A DNA stretch of 64,000 nucleotides from the human T2T-CHM13v2.0 reference genome, Homo sapiens: the NCBI RefSeq assembly GCF_009914755.1, contig NC_060926.1. One strand, written 5' to 3'. Each line of letters starts with the position of its first letter. Within the stretch, counting starts at the first letter, position 1. Shown in pieces: positions 23,722 to 37,330 of this stretch. A program made the position numbers and the translations under genes. Below the pieces are notes generated by a model, which saw only the letters and a list, made by a program, of their open reading frames with translations, was not told the DNA's origin and searched no databases.

Positions 23722-24773
23722 TATACACAATGGAATACTATTCAGCTATTTTAAAAATTTCTGTCATTTATGGATGTTGCATGGATGACTGTGGAGGGCA
23801 TTATGTAAAGTGAAATAATCCAGGCACAGAAAGATAAATATCGCATGATCTCACACATATGTGAAATCTAATAAAGTTGATCTCATAGAAGTAGAGAGCA
23901 GAATAGTGTTTACCAGAGGCTAGGGTGGTTAGTGGAGAGGAGGGGCCAGGGAGATGTTAGTCAAAGGGTACATAATTATAATTAGACAGGAAGAATAAGT
24001 TCAAGAGATCTATTGTATAGCATAATGACAAGAGTTAATTATGATCTTTGTATTCTTGAAAAATCCAAAGAGAGTAGACATTAAGTATTTTAACTACAAA
24101 ATGATAACTATGTGAGGTAATGCATTTGTTAATTCACTTGATTTAACCATTTTGCAATGAATATATTCTTCAAAACATCGTGTTATATACAATAAATACA
24201 TACAATTTTATCTGTCAATTAAAAAAAAGAACTCAACTTGAACATGTTTTACCATTGATTTAGTTGCTATTGTGATTGTAGCAGTTGTTTCCTATATTTT
24301 ACTTACATATTTTGAATGAATAGAATTAAGTATAAGAGTTTGAATATAAATTAAGGCTTCTTCATACATTGAATTTCATGTTTAAGCCTAGTAATAGAAA
24401 AAAAATCATGTTGTCTGCCTTCGTACTGCAATTATCACAAGTACCTGACATTCGCATTGAAAATAGATGCTAAATATTTATGAAGGTGCTTTGATTTGCA
24501 TAGAGACTTTCCCCTAAAGAACTGAATACATTTATTCTTCTAAATTCAGTTCTGCACAAACTTACTGCATGTATTTTCATTGTTCCAGGTGCCACGTAAA
24601 ATAATGAAAGTGCTTTTGCCCTCACAGAGCTTAAAATATAATTGTGGAGAAAATATATATACATATGAAACAGTTATCAATCCAAGGCAATATCAGATTA
24701 AATATCCTATCTGATCATAACAGCATGCAGGATTGATAGGAACATGATGGAGAAGTAAGATCAGGTAGGTTGA

Positions 24774-24957
24774 TTTTTTGTCCTTGCAATAGTTTGCTGA
24801 GAATGATGGTTTCCAACTTCATCCATGTCCCTACAAACGACATGAACTCATCATTTTTTACGGCTGTATAGTATTCCATGGTGTATATGTGCCACCTGCA
24901 CGTTGTGCACATGTGCCCTAGAACTTAAAGTATAATAAAAATATATATATTAAAAAA
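24774..24957 (+). mobile_element. Short 5'-inverted L1PA (L1PA3-5-like)
   Basis: Antisense L1 24774-24894, sense 3' tip and A-tail; perfect 17-bp TSD aagatcaggtaggttga (24757-24773, 24958-24974). Confidence 0.93.
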
Positions 24958-25039
24958 AAGATCAGGTAGGTTGAAGAAGTCAGAAGCAGTTACTAGGAGG
25001 TAGTGAGAAAAGGATAAACCCTTTATTATCTCTGCTTAG

Positions 25040-25240
25040 AGGCAACATTGTAGAGTAGAAAGATGACTGGCTTTCCATTCCTGATTTTACCACTTATAAG
25101 GTAAGTGACAATCTTTCTGCAACTCAATTTCACCATTTAAAAAACTGAATGTGATATACCTATTCATCAGGGTTATAAAAAAAGAAAAGCAAAAATGTAG
25201 GTAAAGGACCTAACATAGTCATAGCAAATAATATATACTC
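25040..25240 (+). mobile_element. MIR
   Basis: ttcctgattttaccactta...ctcaatttcaccatttaaaaaa...acctattcatcagggtt core. Confidence 0.65.
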
Positions 25241-27092
25241 CAAGAGCAATTATTTTCCTGGGAAGAAGTTGAAGTACAAATTCAATTTATGTGACTCTCT
25301 ATTCTTTTATAAAAGACACTGCAGATAAAGTCAACTTTTTCTCATTCACCCATTTTTATATCTTAGGACACAAAAGATACTGAAAAGTGCTAGGACTTTA
25401 AAGGATACAAATTAAAGTAAGGTAAGTACCAGGAGTATAGATTCTATGGCAATTTTCTGTAAAGATTCTAGTTTATCAGTTGAAAAACTGAAACAATTTT
25501 GCTGTTCCAAGAAAGCAGTAGGCATCCAGGAGGTTATGAACTGTGGTATCACACCTGTCTTTATGCAAAAATGAGCCATGAAAGGAATGTAAGAACAGCT
25601 AAGACAGTGTATATCAGGTAAGCTTGTCACTATGTTGTGTATATCAGTGCCTTGTGTTTCAGGGGTAGGAACACACTTGCTGAAAATGAATAGCTAATAA
25701 AAAAATAGAGCCTCAACTTCATAGAAACTAATATATTGGTCCAATGTAAAGGAAAAAGGCCTAGTACTGAGAATAAGATATATATATATATAAAAAACTT
25801 ATTATATATAACTATATAAATATATGTAGTTATATAGTTGCTTAAGCCAGTCTTCAAAGATAATTTCAGATCTCTAGGGAAATGCATAAGGCTCATGAGT
25901 AAAAAACAGAGCCTAATTCAGACTTGCAGCCAGCGTGATTTAATGTTTGGATTCTGCTACTGATATTATGGTCTTTAAGAATAAAAGGGGATGTTATTAG
26001 TAACTGCACCATGATCATGGGCACACAATGTGACTTTTCCCATAAACTGATATGTATGGCACTCCCTACCTAAGTCATAATTGATCAGGTCCTAGAGCTG
26101 TAAAGCTGGAGGTGGGGGTAGCTGTATTTGCTCCATGTGAGATAAGGCCATAAGGACAGACAGTCTGAATATTCCGAGACTGATTATTAGGAAGATACAC
26201 ATTAACACAAGTGGATACGGTAGACAGGTTGACAGAGTTATGAGGTTTTTACAATAAACATACATATACATTAAAAATATGGCAATCCTATTTTAATAAA
26301 ACAAAATTCTAGCTTTGTAGTATAACTGAGGGCCACACAGTTACAGAACTTAGATAAAAATACACTTCTGTTCTTTTGCCTGTGTAATATTATGCTTGTC
26401 TGTATCAAAACAAACATACAATTTTCATGCTGAAAAAAGTAATTTTTTCATTTGCAACAGACACGGATCACCTTAATAACTAATAAATCCCTTTTCTCTT
26501 TCTAATCTCTAAATGTCAAATGCCAACATATTGTGAGCAGTGGTCTTTAGGAGGTATTTGGTTTTAAAATCCTGAAGTACTCACAGTTAGCATATCAAAT
26601 GCATTTGGGAATCACTATAATTTTTACCATAGAGGGTCAAAAAGCACAAGGAAACCATTTAAAATGAAGAAATGTGAATCAAGAAGGAAGCATGAAAAAT
26701 ATAAGATGATTTTTTTGTCTTGATAATGTTCCTGCAAATTTACAATATTTTTAAGTGATATTTAAATTCTAAGAATGTTTCCCTAGAGCCAACATAGCAT
26801 AGACTTACACTGTGGCGATTACCAAAATGTATTTGTTTTCAGACTGCAAAGATGTATTCAGGTATGAAAGGAAAGAAGAAATGGGCAAATTAGTGTGTTC
26901 TTGAATATTTCACATTTAGTTGAATATTTTAATCTTTGTTCAAAAAGTGTAAAATATGTGGTCAATCACATGTATTGATTTGCCTATGTTGAACCAGCCT
27001 AGCATCCCAGAAATAAAGCCTATTCGATCATGGTGTTTTAACTTTTTTTTATGTGCAGGTGGATTCAATTTGCTAGTATTTTATTGAGGATT

Positions 27093-27098
<6 letters not shown>

Positions 27099-27131
<33 letters not shown>

Positions 27132-27151
27132 CTGTGTGTGTGTGTGTGTGT

Positions 27152-27190
<39 letters not shown>
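27099..27190. repeat. Compound (TC)n(TG)n microsatellite
   Basis: Direct reading. Confidence 0.95.
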
Positions 27191-29418
27191 GGTATGTCTG
27201 CCAGCTTTGGATATCAGGCTGATGTTAGGGTGAAGCACCTCATCCTCAATTTTTTTTGAAGGGTTTCAGTAAGATTGATGTCAGCTCTTCTTTGTATATC
27301 TGGTGGAATTTGACTGGGAATGCATCTGGTTCAGGGCTTCTTTTGGTTGGTAGGTTTTTTTTTTTTATTACTGATTCAATTTCTGAAGTTAATATTGGTC
27401 TGTTGAGGGTTTCAATCTTTTCCTGATTCAATCTTGAGAGATTGTGTGCTTCCAGGAATTTATCAATTTCCTTTAGTTTTTAAATTTGTGTACATGGAGC
27501 TGTTCACAGTAATTTCAGGATCTCTTGTGTTCCTGTGGGATCAGTTGTAATATCACCTTTGTCCTTTCTAATTGCACTTATTTGGATCTTCTTTTTTTGT
27601 TAATCTAACTAGAGATTTATCAATTGTATTTATTATTTCAAATAACAAACTCCCATTTTCATTTTCCATTTGTATGGATTTTTTGCATCTCCATTTTATT
27701 AAGTTCTCTAATTTTAGTTACTTCTTGTTTTCTGTTAGCTTTTGGGTTTTGTTGTTGTTGTTCAGTTAGGTGCAAAGTTAGATTGTTAATTTGAGACCTT
27801 TGTAACTTATTGATGAAGATATTTAGGGGTAAAAACGTTCCTCTCAACACTGCTTTGGCTGAATCTCAGCGATTTTCGTAAGTTGTATCCACATGTTCAT
27901 TAATTTCTAAGAATTTATTTTATTTCTGTCTTAATTTTGATGTTTACCCAGAAGTTATTCAGGAGTAAGATGTTGCATTTCCATGTACTTTTGTAGTTTT
28001 GAGAGATCTTCTTGGTATTGGTTTCTATTTTTATTGCACTGTGGTCCAAGAATTTGCTAGTATGATTTCAATTTTTTTAATTCATTGAGGCTTGCTTTAT
28101 GACTAAGCATGTGGTTATTTTAGAATATGTTTCATGTGCAGATGAGAAAAATACATATTTTGTGGTTGCTGGGTGAAGTGTTGTGTAGACGTCTATTAAG
28201 TTCAACTAATCAAGTGTCAAATTTAAGTTAGAGTTTTTTTGTTAGCTTTTTGCCTCAACAATCTAATGTTGTGAGTGCAGTGTTTAAGTCTACTGCTATT
28301 ATTGTGTGGTTTTCTACATGTGTTTGTAGGCCAACAAGAAGTTTTATGAATCTGGGTGCTCCAAAGTTGACTGTGTATTTATTTAGGATAGTTAAGGCTT
28401 CTCGAGGAATTTTATTCCTTATCATTACGTAATTCCTTTCATTGCCCTTCTAAATTTTTATTGGTTTAAAGCCTGTTTTATCTGATATAAGAATAGTGAC
28501 TCCTCTCCTTTTTTATTTTTCATTTATGTGGTATCTTACTCCACTCATTTGCTTTAAGACTGTGCATGTCATTTTTGTGAGATGGGTCTCTTGGAAACAA
28601 CAGATGATTGGGCCTTGGCTTTTTATTCAGACTCCTATTCTGTGTCATTTAAAAGAAAAACCACATGACATCTCAATATATTCAGAAAATTTTTAAATAA
28701 AATCCGACGTTCCTTTATGATAAAAACCTTCAACACACTAGCAATCAAAGGAACATAGCTCCAAATAATAAGAGCCATCTATAACAAACCCACAGCCAAC
28801 ATCATACTGAATAAAATAAAGCTCAAGTCATTTATCTTGACAACTGGAACAAGGATGCCCACACTCACCAGTCTGCATCAGCATAGTATTGCAAGTTCTA
28901 ACTGGAGCAATCAGGCAAGAGAAAGAAATAAAAGCTATCCAAATAGGAAAAGAAGTGAAACTATCTCTTTGCTGATGATATGATTATATACGTAGAAAAT
29001 CCTAACTACTCTGCCAAAAGGATCCTAGAATTGATAAACAGCTTTAGTAAAGTTTCAGGATACAAAATCAAGGTAAAAAATCAGTAATATTTTTATACAC
29101 CTGCAATGTCCAGGCTGAGAATGAAATCAAGAACACAATCCCACTTACAATAGCCTCAAAGAAAATGAAATACTTAGAAATACAAATAACCAATGAAGTG
29201 AGAGATCTCTATAAGAAGAACTATAAAAAATTGCTGAAATAAATCAGAGATGACACACAAAAATGGAAAAATATTCCATGTTCATGAATTAGAAAAATAA
29301 ATATTGTAAAAATGTGATTTCTATCAAATTACCAAGGTCATTCTTCACAGAATTAGAAAAAAAAACTGTTCTAAAATTCATATGGAACAAAAAAGAGCCT
29401 GAATAGCCAAAGCAATTC

Positions 29419-29426
29419 TACACACA

Positions 29427-29474
<48 letters not shown>
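29419..29474. repeat. (CA)n microsatellite
   Basis: Direct reading. Confidence 0.95.
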
Positions 29475-29477
<3 letters not shown>

Positions 29478-31829
29478 CTGGAGGCATCATACTACCTAAC
29501 TTCAAACTATGTCATAAAGCCACAGTAACCAAAACAGCTTGGTACTGTTACAAAAACAGGCACATAGACCAATGGAATAAATTATTTTTGAAAGAAAATA
29601 AATGAAAAACTCAGAAGTAAAGCTGCACAACTACAACCACCTGATCTTCAACAAGTCCAACAAAAACAAGCAACAGGAAAAAGACTCCCTATTCAATAAA
29701 TGTTACTGGGATAACTGTCTAGCCATATGCAGATGATAGAAGCTGGACCCTAACTTGCACCATATACAAAAAGTAATGCAAAGTGAATTAAAGATTTACA
29801 TGTAAGACCTCAAACTATAAAAATCTTGGAAGAAAACCTAGGAAATACTCTTCTTGACAATAATTTTGGCAAAGAATTTTTGGCTGAGTCCCGAAAAGCA
29901 ATTGCAGCAAAAATAAAAATAGACAAATAGGACCAAATTAAACTAAAGAGCTTCTATACTGCAAAATAAACTATCAACAGAGCAAGAAAAAACTACAGAA
30001 TGGGAGAATATATTCACAAACTATGGATCTGACAAAGGACTCCCTATTCAATGAATTATGCTGGAATAGCTGGCTGACCATGTGCAGAGAAATGGAACTG
30101 GACCCTTACCTTTCACTATATACAGAAGTTAACTCAAGACAGATTGAATATTTAAATGTACGATCTCAAACTACAAGAATCCTAGAAGAATACCTAGGAA
30201 ATATCATTCTGGAATCAGCCTTGGGAAATAGCTTATGACTAAGTCCTCAAAAGCAATTGCAACAAAGACAAAAATTGACAAGTGGGACATAATTAAAATA
30301 TAGAGTTTCTGTTTAGCAAAAGGAACTATCAACAGAGTAAACAGACAACCTACAGAATGAGAGAAAATATTTGTAAACTGTGCATCCAACAAGGTCTAAT
30401 ATTGAGAATCTAAAAGGAACTTAACAAGCAAAAAAAAAAAACATTAAAAATGAGCAAAGGACATAAACAGGCACTTCTCAAAAGAAGACATACAAGTGAC
30501 CAACAAACATATGAAAAAATATTTAGTACCACTAATCATCAGAGAAATGCATAAGATACCATCTAGCACCAGTCAGAATGGCTAGTAAAAAAAGTAAACA
30601 TAGAACAGATGTTGGCAAGGCTGTAGAGATAAGGGAATGCTTATATACCCTTTGTGGGAATTTAAATTTGTCCAGTCACCGTGAAAAGCCATCTGGAAAT
30701 TTCCAAAAGAACTAAAAACGGAACTAATATTTGACCCAGCAATCTCAATATTGGGTATATACTCGAGAGAAAATAAATTATTTTACCAAAAAGACATATG
30801 CACAAATATGTTCAGTGCTGCACTATTTATACTAGCAAAGACATGGAATCAATCCAGGTGCCCATCAATAGTTGATTGGATAAAGAAAATGTGGTACATA
30901 ACAACCATGGAATACTATACCACCATAAGAGAGAATGAAATCATGTTTTGCATCAACATGGATGCAGCTAGATGCCATAATCCTAAACAAATTAATGCAG
31001 GAACAGAAAACCAAATACCTGATGCTACCACTTATAAGTGGGAGCTAAGCATTGAACACATATGGACGTAGATATGGGAATAGTAGACACTGTGGACTGA
31101 ATCACTGTGTGATTCAGGCTACTGGAGGTTGGAGGAAGGTTAGTGAGTATCAGATACTATACTCACTACCAGAGTGACAGGATCTATACTCCAAACCTCA
31201 GCATCATGCAATATTCCCATGTAACAAATTTGCACATGTACCCCCCTGTATCTGAAATAAAGATTGAAATAAAAATAAGAAAAACTGTGTAAAATATATG
31301 AAACAATGAATAAGGTTTATTTAGCCAGATGACAAATTTAAGGATAGGTAAAGACAAAATAAAACAATGCCAGAAAATACTCATTATTTCATGTCATTTC
31401 TGTAAAACAAATCTTGTTTTTAATTATGTCTCTGAATTTGAAATGACAATATTGTTCTGATCCTAAAATTTGTGCATGATTATGTTAGTGCTAGTCTGTA
31501 TTTTAGACTTTGTAAAGGAATAGTTGTCAATCATATAATCTATTTGGTTTTGAGGAAATGAAAATCCAATTGGATAAATGCTCTCTAATTTATGTTGCCA
31601 TCTTTAAATGTTTCAACAGTGTTTCAAGGTTGTTGAAAACGGTGAAAAAATTGATAGTACAGTACAATGTTTTGATAGCAATTAGACTATCCCTGGCATA
31701 TCCCTCTGTGTGTTTAAGTTCTATAATTATTTTGAAGAATGGTTAATGTGAAACGAAACATAAAATTTGTGTTATTTATTTTTGTAATATTAAGTAATTC
31801 ATGGTGACTGTAAAAGGCCAAAAATACTA

Positions 31830-32015
31830 GAAAATGCAGAATGAAAAAAAAGGAATAAATAAAGTTGAAAAAAGCCAAAAGAAAGAAAGGGGAAAGGATG
31901 GGATGGAAAAGCAGAAGGAAAAGAGAGAAATAAAGAGAAGGAGGAACAAATAAAAAGGTGGCAAAGAGTAAAGGAAGAAAGAAAAGGAAGAGAAGAAAAG
32001 AGATGGAGAGAGGAG
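31830..32015. repeat. GA-rich low complexity
   Basis: Almost purely purine on the + strand. Confidence 0.8.
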
Positions 32016-32849
32016 TATCCTCTCAGCTTGAATCACAAATTTAAAGTTAAAATTTGGGTATATATCAGACTTTGTGTGTATGGTGTGAGGTTAGATGTAT
32101 CCATATAATTATCTAGTTAATTCAGCACTATTTGTAAAAGAGCTTCATATGCACTTTGAGTTATTTTGGGATCTACCTCAAAAGTCAGTTGACTTATAAA
32201 GTGTCATTCTATTTATGGACCCTCTACTGTGTCCTACTTATTTATTTTTCTACCTCAATCAAGAACACATTATCTTGATTAATTTAGCATCAATGTAAAT
32301 CATAAAATTAGGTCATTTAAGACCTTGACATTGTCCTTTTTTTCAGAATATTTTGGCTATTCTTTGTATTTCCATGTATGCTTTAGAATCTAGCACATGT
32401 ATGTGTATATACATCTATGTATGTTTGTGATGGTATGTGTGTGTGTGGTGTTCATTAATACACACACATACATGCATAGGGTATTCGTTCAGTATTTTGA
32501 TAACTATATATCAATTGGAGGATAATGGATTTTTCAAACAATGTTGATTATTTCAATTCATGAAAATTTCCTATCTTATGTTTTATTTCTCTCAGCAATA
32601 TTTCACACTTTTCAATGTAGATTTCTTACATATCTTTTATTAAGTATCTTTCTAATTTTTAGCCTAATGTAAGTTATATTTCTATTGCAGTATTTCTGGT
32701 TGTTCATTGCTAGAATACATTTTAAATTTTTATACTGAACTTGCAGTCAATTTTTGAATTTACTTAACAAAGTTCTATTTTTCCCTTTTATACTTTCTTT
32801 GGATTTTCAACATAAAATATAATGGGAATAATTTTTAAAAGTGATATGT

Positions 32850-33365
32850 ATGCAAAATAGAATACTATTAAAACTTTAAAAAGAGGAAAATGCTGTCATT
32901 TGAAACAACATGGATGAATCTGGTGGAAATTATGAAGTGAAATAAGCCAATATAGAAAGACAAATATTATATGATCTTTACACATGAAATACAAAAAATA
33001 ATCTGAAGTTACAGAAATAGAGAGTAGAGTGGTATTTACTAGGGGCTGGTTGATGCCGGTATAGGGAAGGTTGGTCAAAGGATACAAAATTTTAGTTAGG
33101 AAAAATTAGACCAAGAGATGTATTGTACAACATGGTGACTCTTGTTAATAACAACGTATTGTATTCTTGAAAATTGGTAAGAGTCAATTTTAAGTATTAT
33201 CACAAATCAGTGATAAGTATATGAAGGAGTGTTAATTAACTAATGTTAATTAGTTCAATTTAATGATTCCACAATAAACACATATTTCAAAACAGCATTT
33301 TGTGCACAATATATACAATTCATGCAATTTTAATTTGCTAATTAAAATATTTTTAAAAATAAAGA
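32850..33365 (+). mobile_element. L1MA 3' end
   Basis: gtcatttgaaacaacatggatgaatctgg...ttggtcaaaggatacaaaatt...A-rich end. Confidence 0.85.
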
Positions 33366-34010
33366 AAAATAATGAGTTCATAAAAGTATACATACCTTAA
33401 TATTTAAAATGTATATCTTGTATAGGACACGTGGTTGAGTTTTGCTTTCTTTTAATCCCATCTGACAATCTGTGCTTTTCAATTGTTATTTAACTTATAT
33501 GAGTGTTTAAATGTGCTGTTTGATTATTTTCTTCTATTTGATTCATCTATTTTTAGCTTTTTCTTTTACGGCTTCCCTTTAAATTAAATGAATGTTTATA
33601 AGTATTACATTTTCTCTTTTCTGCTATTCCTCTGTGTTTACTTTTGCATGTTGCATTTAAGCATTCCTAACTTATCACAGTGTATCTTGAATATTAATTC
33701 ACATATACTAAAAATAACATAACAGTGTATTCAATTTACCACTCTCTTCTTTGTGCTATTTTCAACAAATATTTCACTTCTATATGTTACGAGCATGATT
33801 ATTTTTGCTTTATGCAGTTGCACTAACAAATAATTCGATTGTCAGATCACACTGGATCTAATTAAAGAACTGTAACAGTATCAAGCTTTTCTAATGATTT
33901 CAAGTATAGTCAATCCTTGATTCAGACAAAGCAGAATTTTGCCAAGACATTTCATGTGACCTCCCACTACAACCTACCCACTTTTCATTCCCATATTGGA
34001 CACATTGGAC

Positions 34011-34291
34011 ATATATATATATATATATTTTTTTGAGACAGGGTCTTGTCCTGTCGCCCAGTCTGCAGTGGCATGATCTGGGCTCACTGCAATCTCTGCC
34101 TCCCAGGTTCAAGTGATTCTCCTGACTCAGTCCCATGAGTAGCTGGGATTACAGGGACATGCCACCGCACCCGGCTAATAGTTTGTATTTTTAGTAGAGA
34201 CAGGGTTTCACCATGTTGGCCAGGCTGGCCTCGAACACCTGGCCTCAAGTGATCCACCCACCTCAGCCTCCCAGAGTCCTGGGATTTCAGG
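34011..34291 (-). mobile_element. AluS with (AT)n tail, slightly 5'-truncated
   Basis: Dimeric Alu gagacagggtc...gtatttttagtagagacagggtttcaccatgttggccagg. Confidence 0.92.
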
Positions 34292-36167
34292 CAGAGGCAG
34301 ATAAGATATGAGGAGACATGAATATCTTATGAAACATTCTCCAAGAACAAACTCCTTCCTTTCTTTCTCTTTCCCTCTCTCCTTCTTATTTCTTATAAAA
34401 TAAATTCTTAGCTAAAGACATCTTTCTAATGCGATCTAATAAGTAAGGAGTTATTAGAGAATATCCTTAGTCTCTTTACCCAGCGGGCCAATTGACATGT
34501 AGATTTTAGTAAGTCACCTGACGTCTATTTCTCTCTGAGTGTATTCCCCAGTTAAAGTGAGTAAATAGATGGCAGGTCAGCTGCTTTAAATCATTCCCTG
34601 ACAGTCATTTGTCTCATACAGAAATTAAGAGGAAAAAAATCTTTTCTAATTACCCACATAGCTACCATGTATTCTTCTTTGCAGATCTGAGTTTTAAAGG
34701 AGTATCATTTACTTTTGACATACATAGAATGCCTTCAAGAATCTCTGAGAAAATATTCATCATCAACAGAACCTCATATCTTTTACTTTGCTAAAAAGTC
34801 TTTTGCTTGCCTTCATTTTTAAAGGATGGTTCTAAATTGACATTAATTTTTTCTATCAGCATCTTATAGATGTACATTCATTGTCTTCTGCATTCTATTT
34901 GTTTAGGTACAAACACAGCTATATTTAATATTGTTGTTTCCCTGTATGAAATATGTCAAGATGTTATTTATTTTTCCTCCAGTCACCTTCTTCTCTTGAT
35001 TATTGGCTACCAGAAATTTTGATGTGCTTAAGCATGGGTTCTCTTTCTAGTTCTCTCTCTTGCTCTCTCACTCAAAAAATTTTGAGTTTTATTGTTCCTG
35101 CTTGAGGACTGCCAATATTCTTCACTCTGTAGGTTAAGAGTTTCACCACATTTGGCCATTAATCTTCCATGTCATTTCCCCATTCTCACTCTCTTTTCTA
35201 TCTGTTTCTATGGAAATACATATTTTAGAACATATGATATTTACTCAAGTGATTTGAGATCTTTTTCTTCAAAATATTTCTCTTACATTTAATTTAGATA
35301 GTTTTATTTACCTATTTTCCAGTTTATTGTTTTATTCTTTTCTGTAATGTCCAATCTGCTAGTAAGCCTAATCAATTCTTGCTTTTAAATGTTAGAAATT
35401 TTATTTTTAATTTCTGAAATTTCCAATAATTACTGTTATTTTTATTTTTAGGATTCACATTTCTCTGCTGATATATCCTGCTTCTTTTTGTGTCTTGTAA
35501 TTTTTTTCTTATTTAGAGTATTAGAGAACATTGAGGACTAATATAAAAACATTTGCTTCGCTTAGTTTAATTGACATCATTTTCTTGTGCTTAGTAGTTA
35601 GGGTGAGGGGTTGTGCATTTAGATTCCTCTAGAATTAAGTTAGCCTGAGGCTGGGTTACACTTTATTACATTATTAAATTAACCTGAGGCTGGGTCAACT
35701 TTATTTGATTAAACTCACCTGTGATTAACCCAACCCTCAAGCGAGTTAGCTGATGCCTCAGTGACTCTGTCAGTATTTGAGCCGTAAGTGCAATGTGTTT
35801 GGTACAATTACAGATACTTTTGAATTCTCTAAGAGATCTCCCTTCGCTTTTTAACAAAAATCTGAAGCAGGTAGGAAACTCGAGATAAATCTGTTCTTGT
35901 TTTAGGGCCTTTTCACACAGCAAACTGTCATGCAGCAACTTTCATCAGAAACTTGGGTGGTTTTCCCTTATTTTGTAAGCAATCTCCTAGTATCAGGACT
36001 CCAGTATCCAGAGGAGGAACGTGTTCCTACTGATAGCTGTTGTCAAGGCTATCTACTCAAATATACAGGGCAAAATTTCTGTGGGATTTAGTTCATAAGG
36101 CTTCCTTTCACCCAGTACTTTAGGCTAGTTTCATTTTTAAAAGTATGAATTTTATTGGGTCTCAGCC

Positions 36168-37006
36168 TGAGTCAGTGGAAACCCAAACTAAGAAAAAAAT
36201 TGTTTATTCTCTCACTCAACGACAGACACACAAGACTTCTGTGACTCCACATATGGGGGATTTCTCTCCACCAGCAAGCAACCAGTTTTGTAGCGAGAAT
36301 CAGCTGGGTGTCCACCAGTTCAATTCTGGTACCATGTACCTGAAGATAGTGTCACATCTCACAGGTTGGGGGCTCAGTCCTACAAGACCAACCCCCACTT
36401 ACGATGCCAAGAGCAAACCCTGGGTTGTTTTTTCTGTGCTTATGACGAACGAGCTATAAATCAGGGTTTCCACGACTCCCTCCTTGCATTTAATTTGCTA
36501 GAGTGGCTCACGGAACTCAAGGAAACATGTTTATTGGTTTATTATAAGATATTAGAAAGCATACAGATGAAGAGATGCATACGGGAAGGTGTGGAGGAAG
36601 GAGAGCGGAGCTTTCCTGCCCTCTTTAGGCTCACCACCCTCCAGGAACCTCCACAGGAACCTCCACATGTTCAGCTATCTGTAAGCTCTAAGAACTCTGT
36701 TTTTCAGGTTTTTTGGAGGCTTCAGTATGCAAGCACGATTGATTAAATCATTAGTCGCTGGAGATTAACTTAACCTTCCGCCTTCTCCCTCACCTGCAGG
36801 TTGGGAATGAGGGTGAAAGTCTCAATCCGCTTATCATACCTTGGTCTTTCTGGTGACCAGCTCCCATCATGAAGCTACGTGGGGGCTGCTGGCCATCAGT
36901 CAACTCATTAACACACAAAAGATATCATTTTGGAGATGCTAAAGATTTCAGAAGTCATATGCCGGGAAATAGGTCATAGACTAAATATATATTTTACAGT
37001 ATCACA
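36168..37006 (-). mobile_element. MER21-family solo LTR
   Basis: cagctgggtgtcc...caattc, gggctcagtcctacaagac, ends tatatattttacagtatcaca; left boundary approximate. Confidence 0.8.
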
Positions 37007-37139
37007 CTCAGTGTTTCTTATTGCCACTACAGGGTCTAAGGTCTTTTAAAACATTGTGGTGAATTTTACCAGGAAGCAGAAATATCCCTTAATATTTTCT
37101 TAATTGTTACTTACATCATGCCAAGTCTGTCTTCCAACA

Positions 37140-37330
37140 GCTACAGCCCAGCCTTAAGATGACTGTATCCCTAGCTGACACCAACATCTTTGATGCAGTT
37201 TTGTGAGCCACGCTGAGTCAGGTGCACCCAGCTAAGCATGCCTGAACTCCTGACCCACAGAAATTTAAATAATAAAGGTTATTGTTTAAAGCTGCTAGCT
37301 TTGGGGTAATTTGTAGTAGATGACTACTGC
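37140..37330 (+). mobile_element. MLT1 (MaLR) LTR 3' fragment
   Basis: cccagctaagcatgcctgaactcctgacccacagaaa...gtttaaagctgctagctttggggtaatttgt. Confidence 0.75.

Larger units (their letters stand above)
15953..24228 (+). mobile_element. L1MA (L1MA4/5-like) with both ends, internal ORF1-EN deletion at ~17065 and three nested insertions
   Basis: 5'UTR from ~15960, ORF1 start ~16730, ORF2 pieces 17070-17167, 19020-20675, 22538-23850, 3'UTR to A-tail 24221-24228; degenerate TSD aaatactcaacatg (15939-15952) / aagaactcaacttg (24227-24240). Confidence 0.85.
26958..31280 (+). mobile_element. L1PA13-16-like element with large 5' inversion (26958-~28648 antisense, ~28649-31280 sense)
   Basis: Strand switch at ~28649; the two ORF2 pieces are nearly contiguous in L1 coordinates; TSD core gtgtaaaatat at 26947-26957 and 31287-31297. 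Confidence 0.88.
32030..35500 (-). mobile_element. Fragments of very old L1M(E) (ORF2 32030-32830 and 33400-33820; ORF1 34640-35500)
   Basis: Degenerate antisense L1 phrases, e.g. atccatataattatctagttaattcagcactatttg, tctgacaatctgtgcttttcaattg, tgtccaatctgctagtaagcc. Confidence 0.6.

Noticed and set aside
25775-25840. AT-rich hairpin tatataactatata...tatgtagttatata
   Set aside because: Low-complexity TA sequence is self-complementary by chance.
35640-35706. Duplicated cctgaggctgggt..actttatt motif
   Set aside because: Only two degenerate copies; ordinary local duplication with no supporting context.
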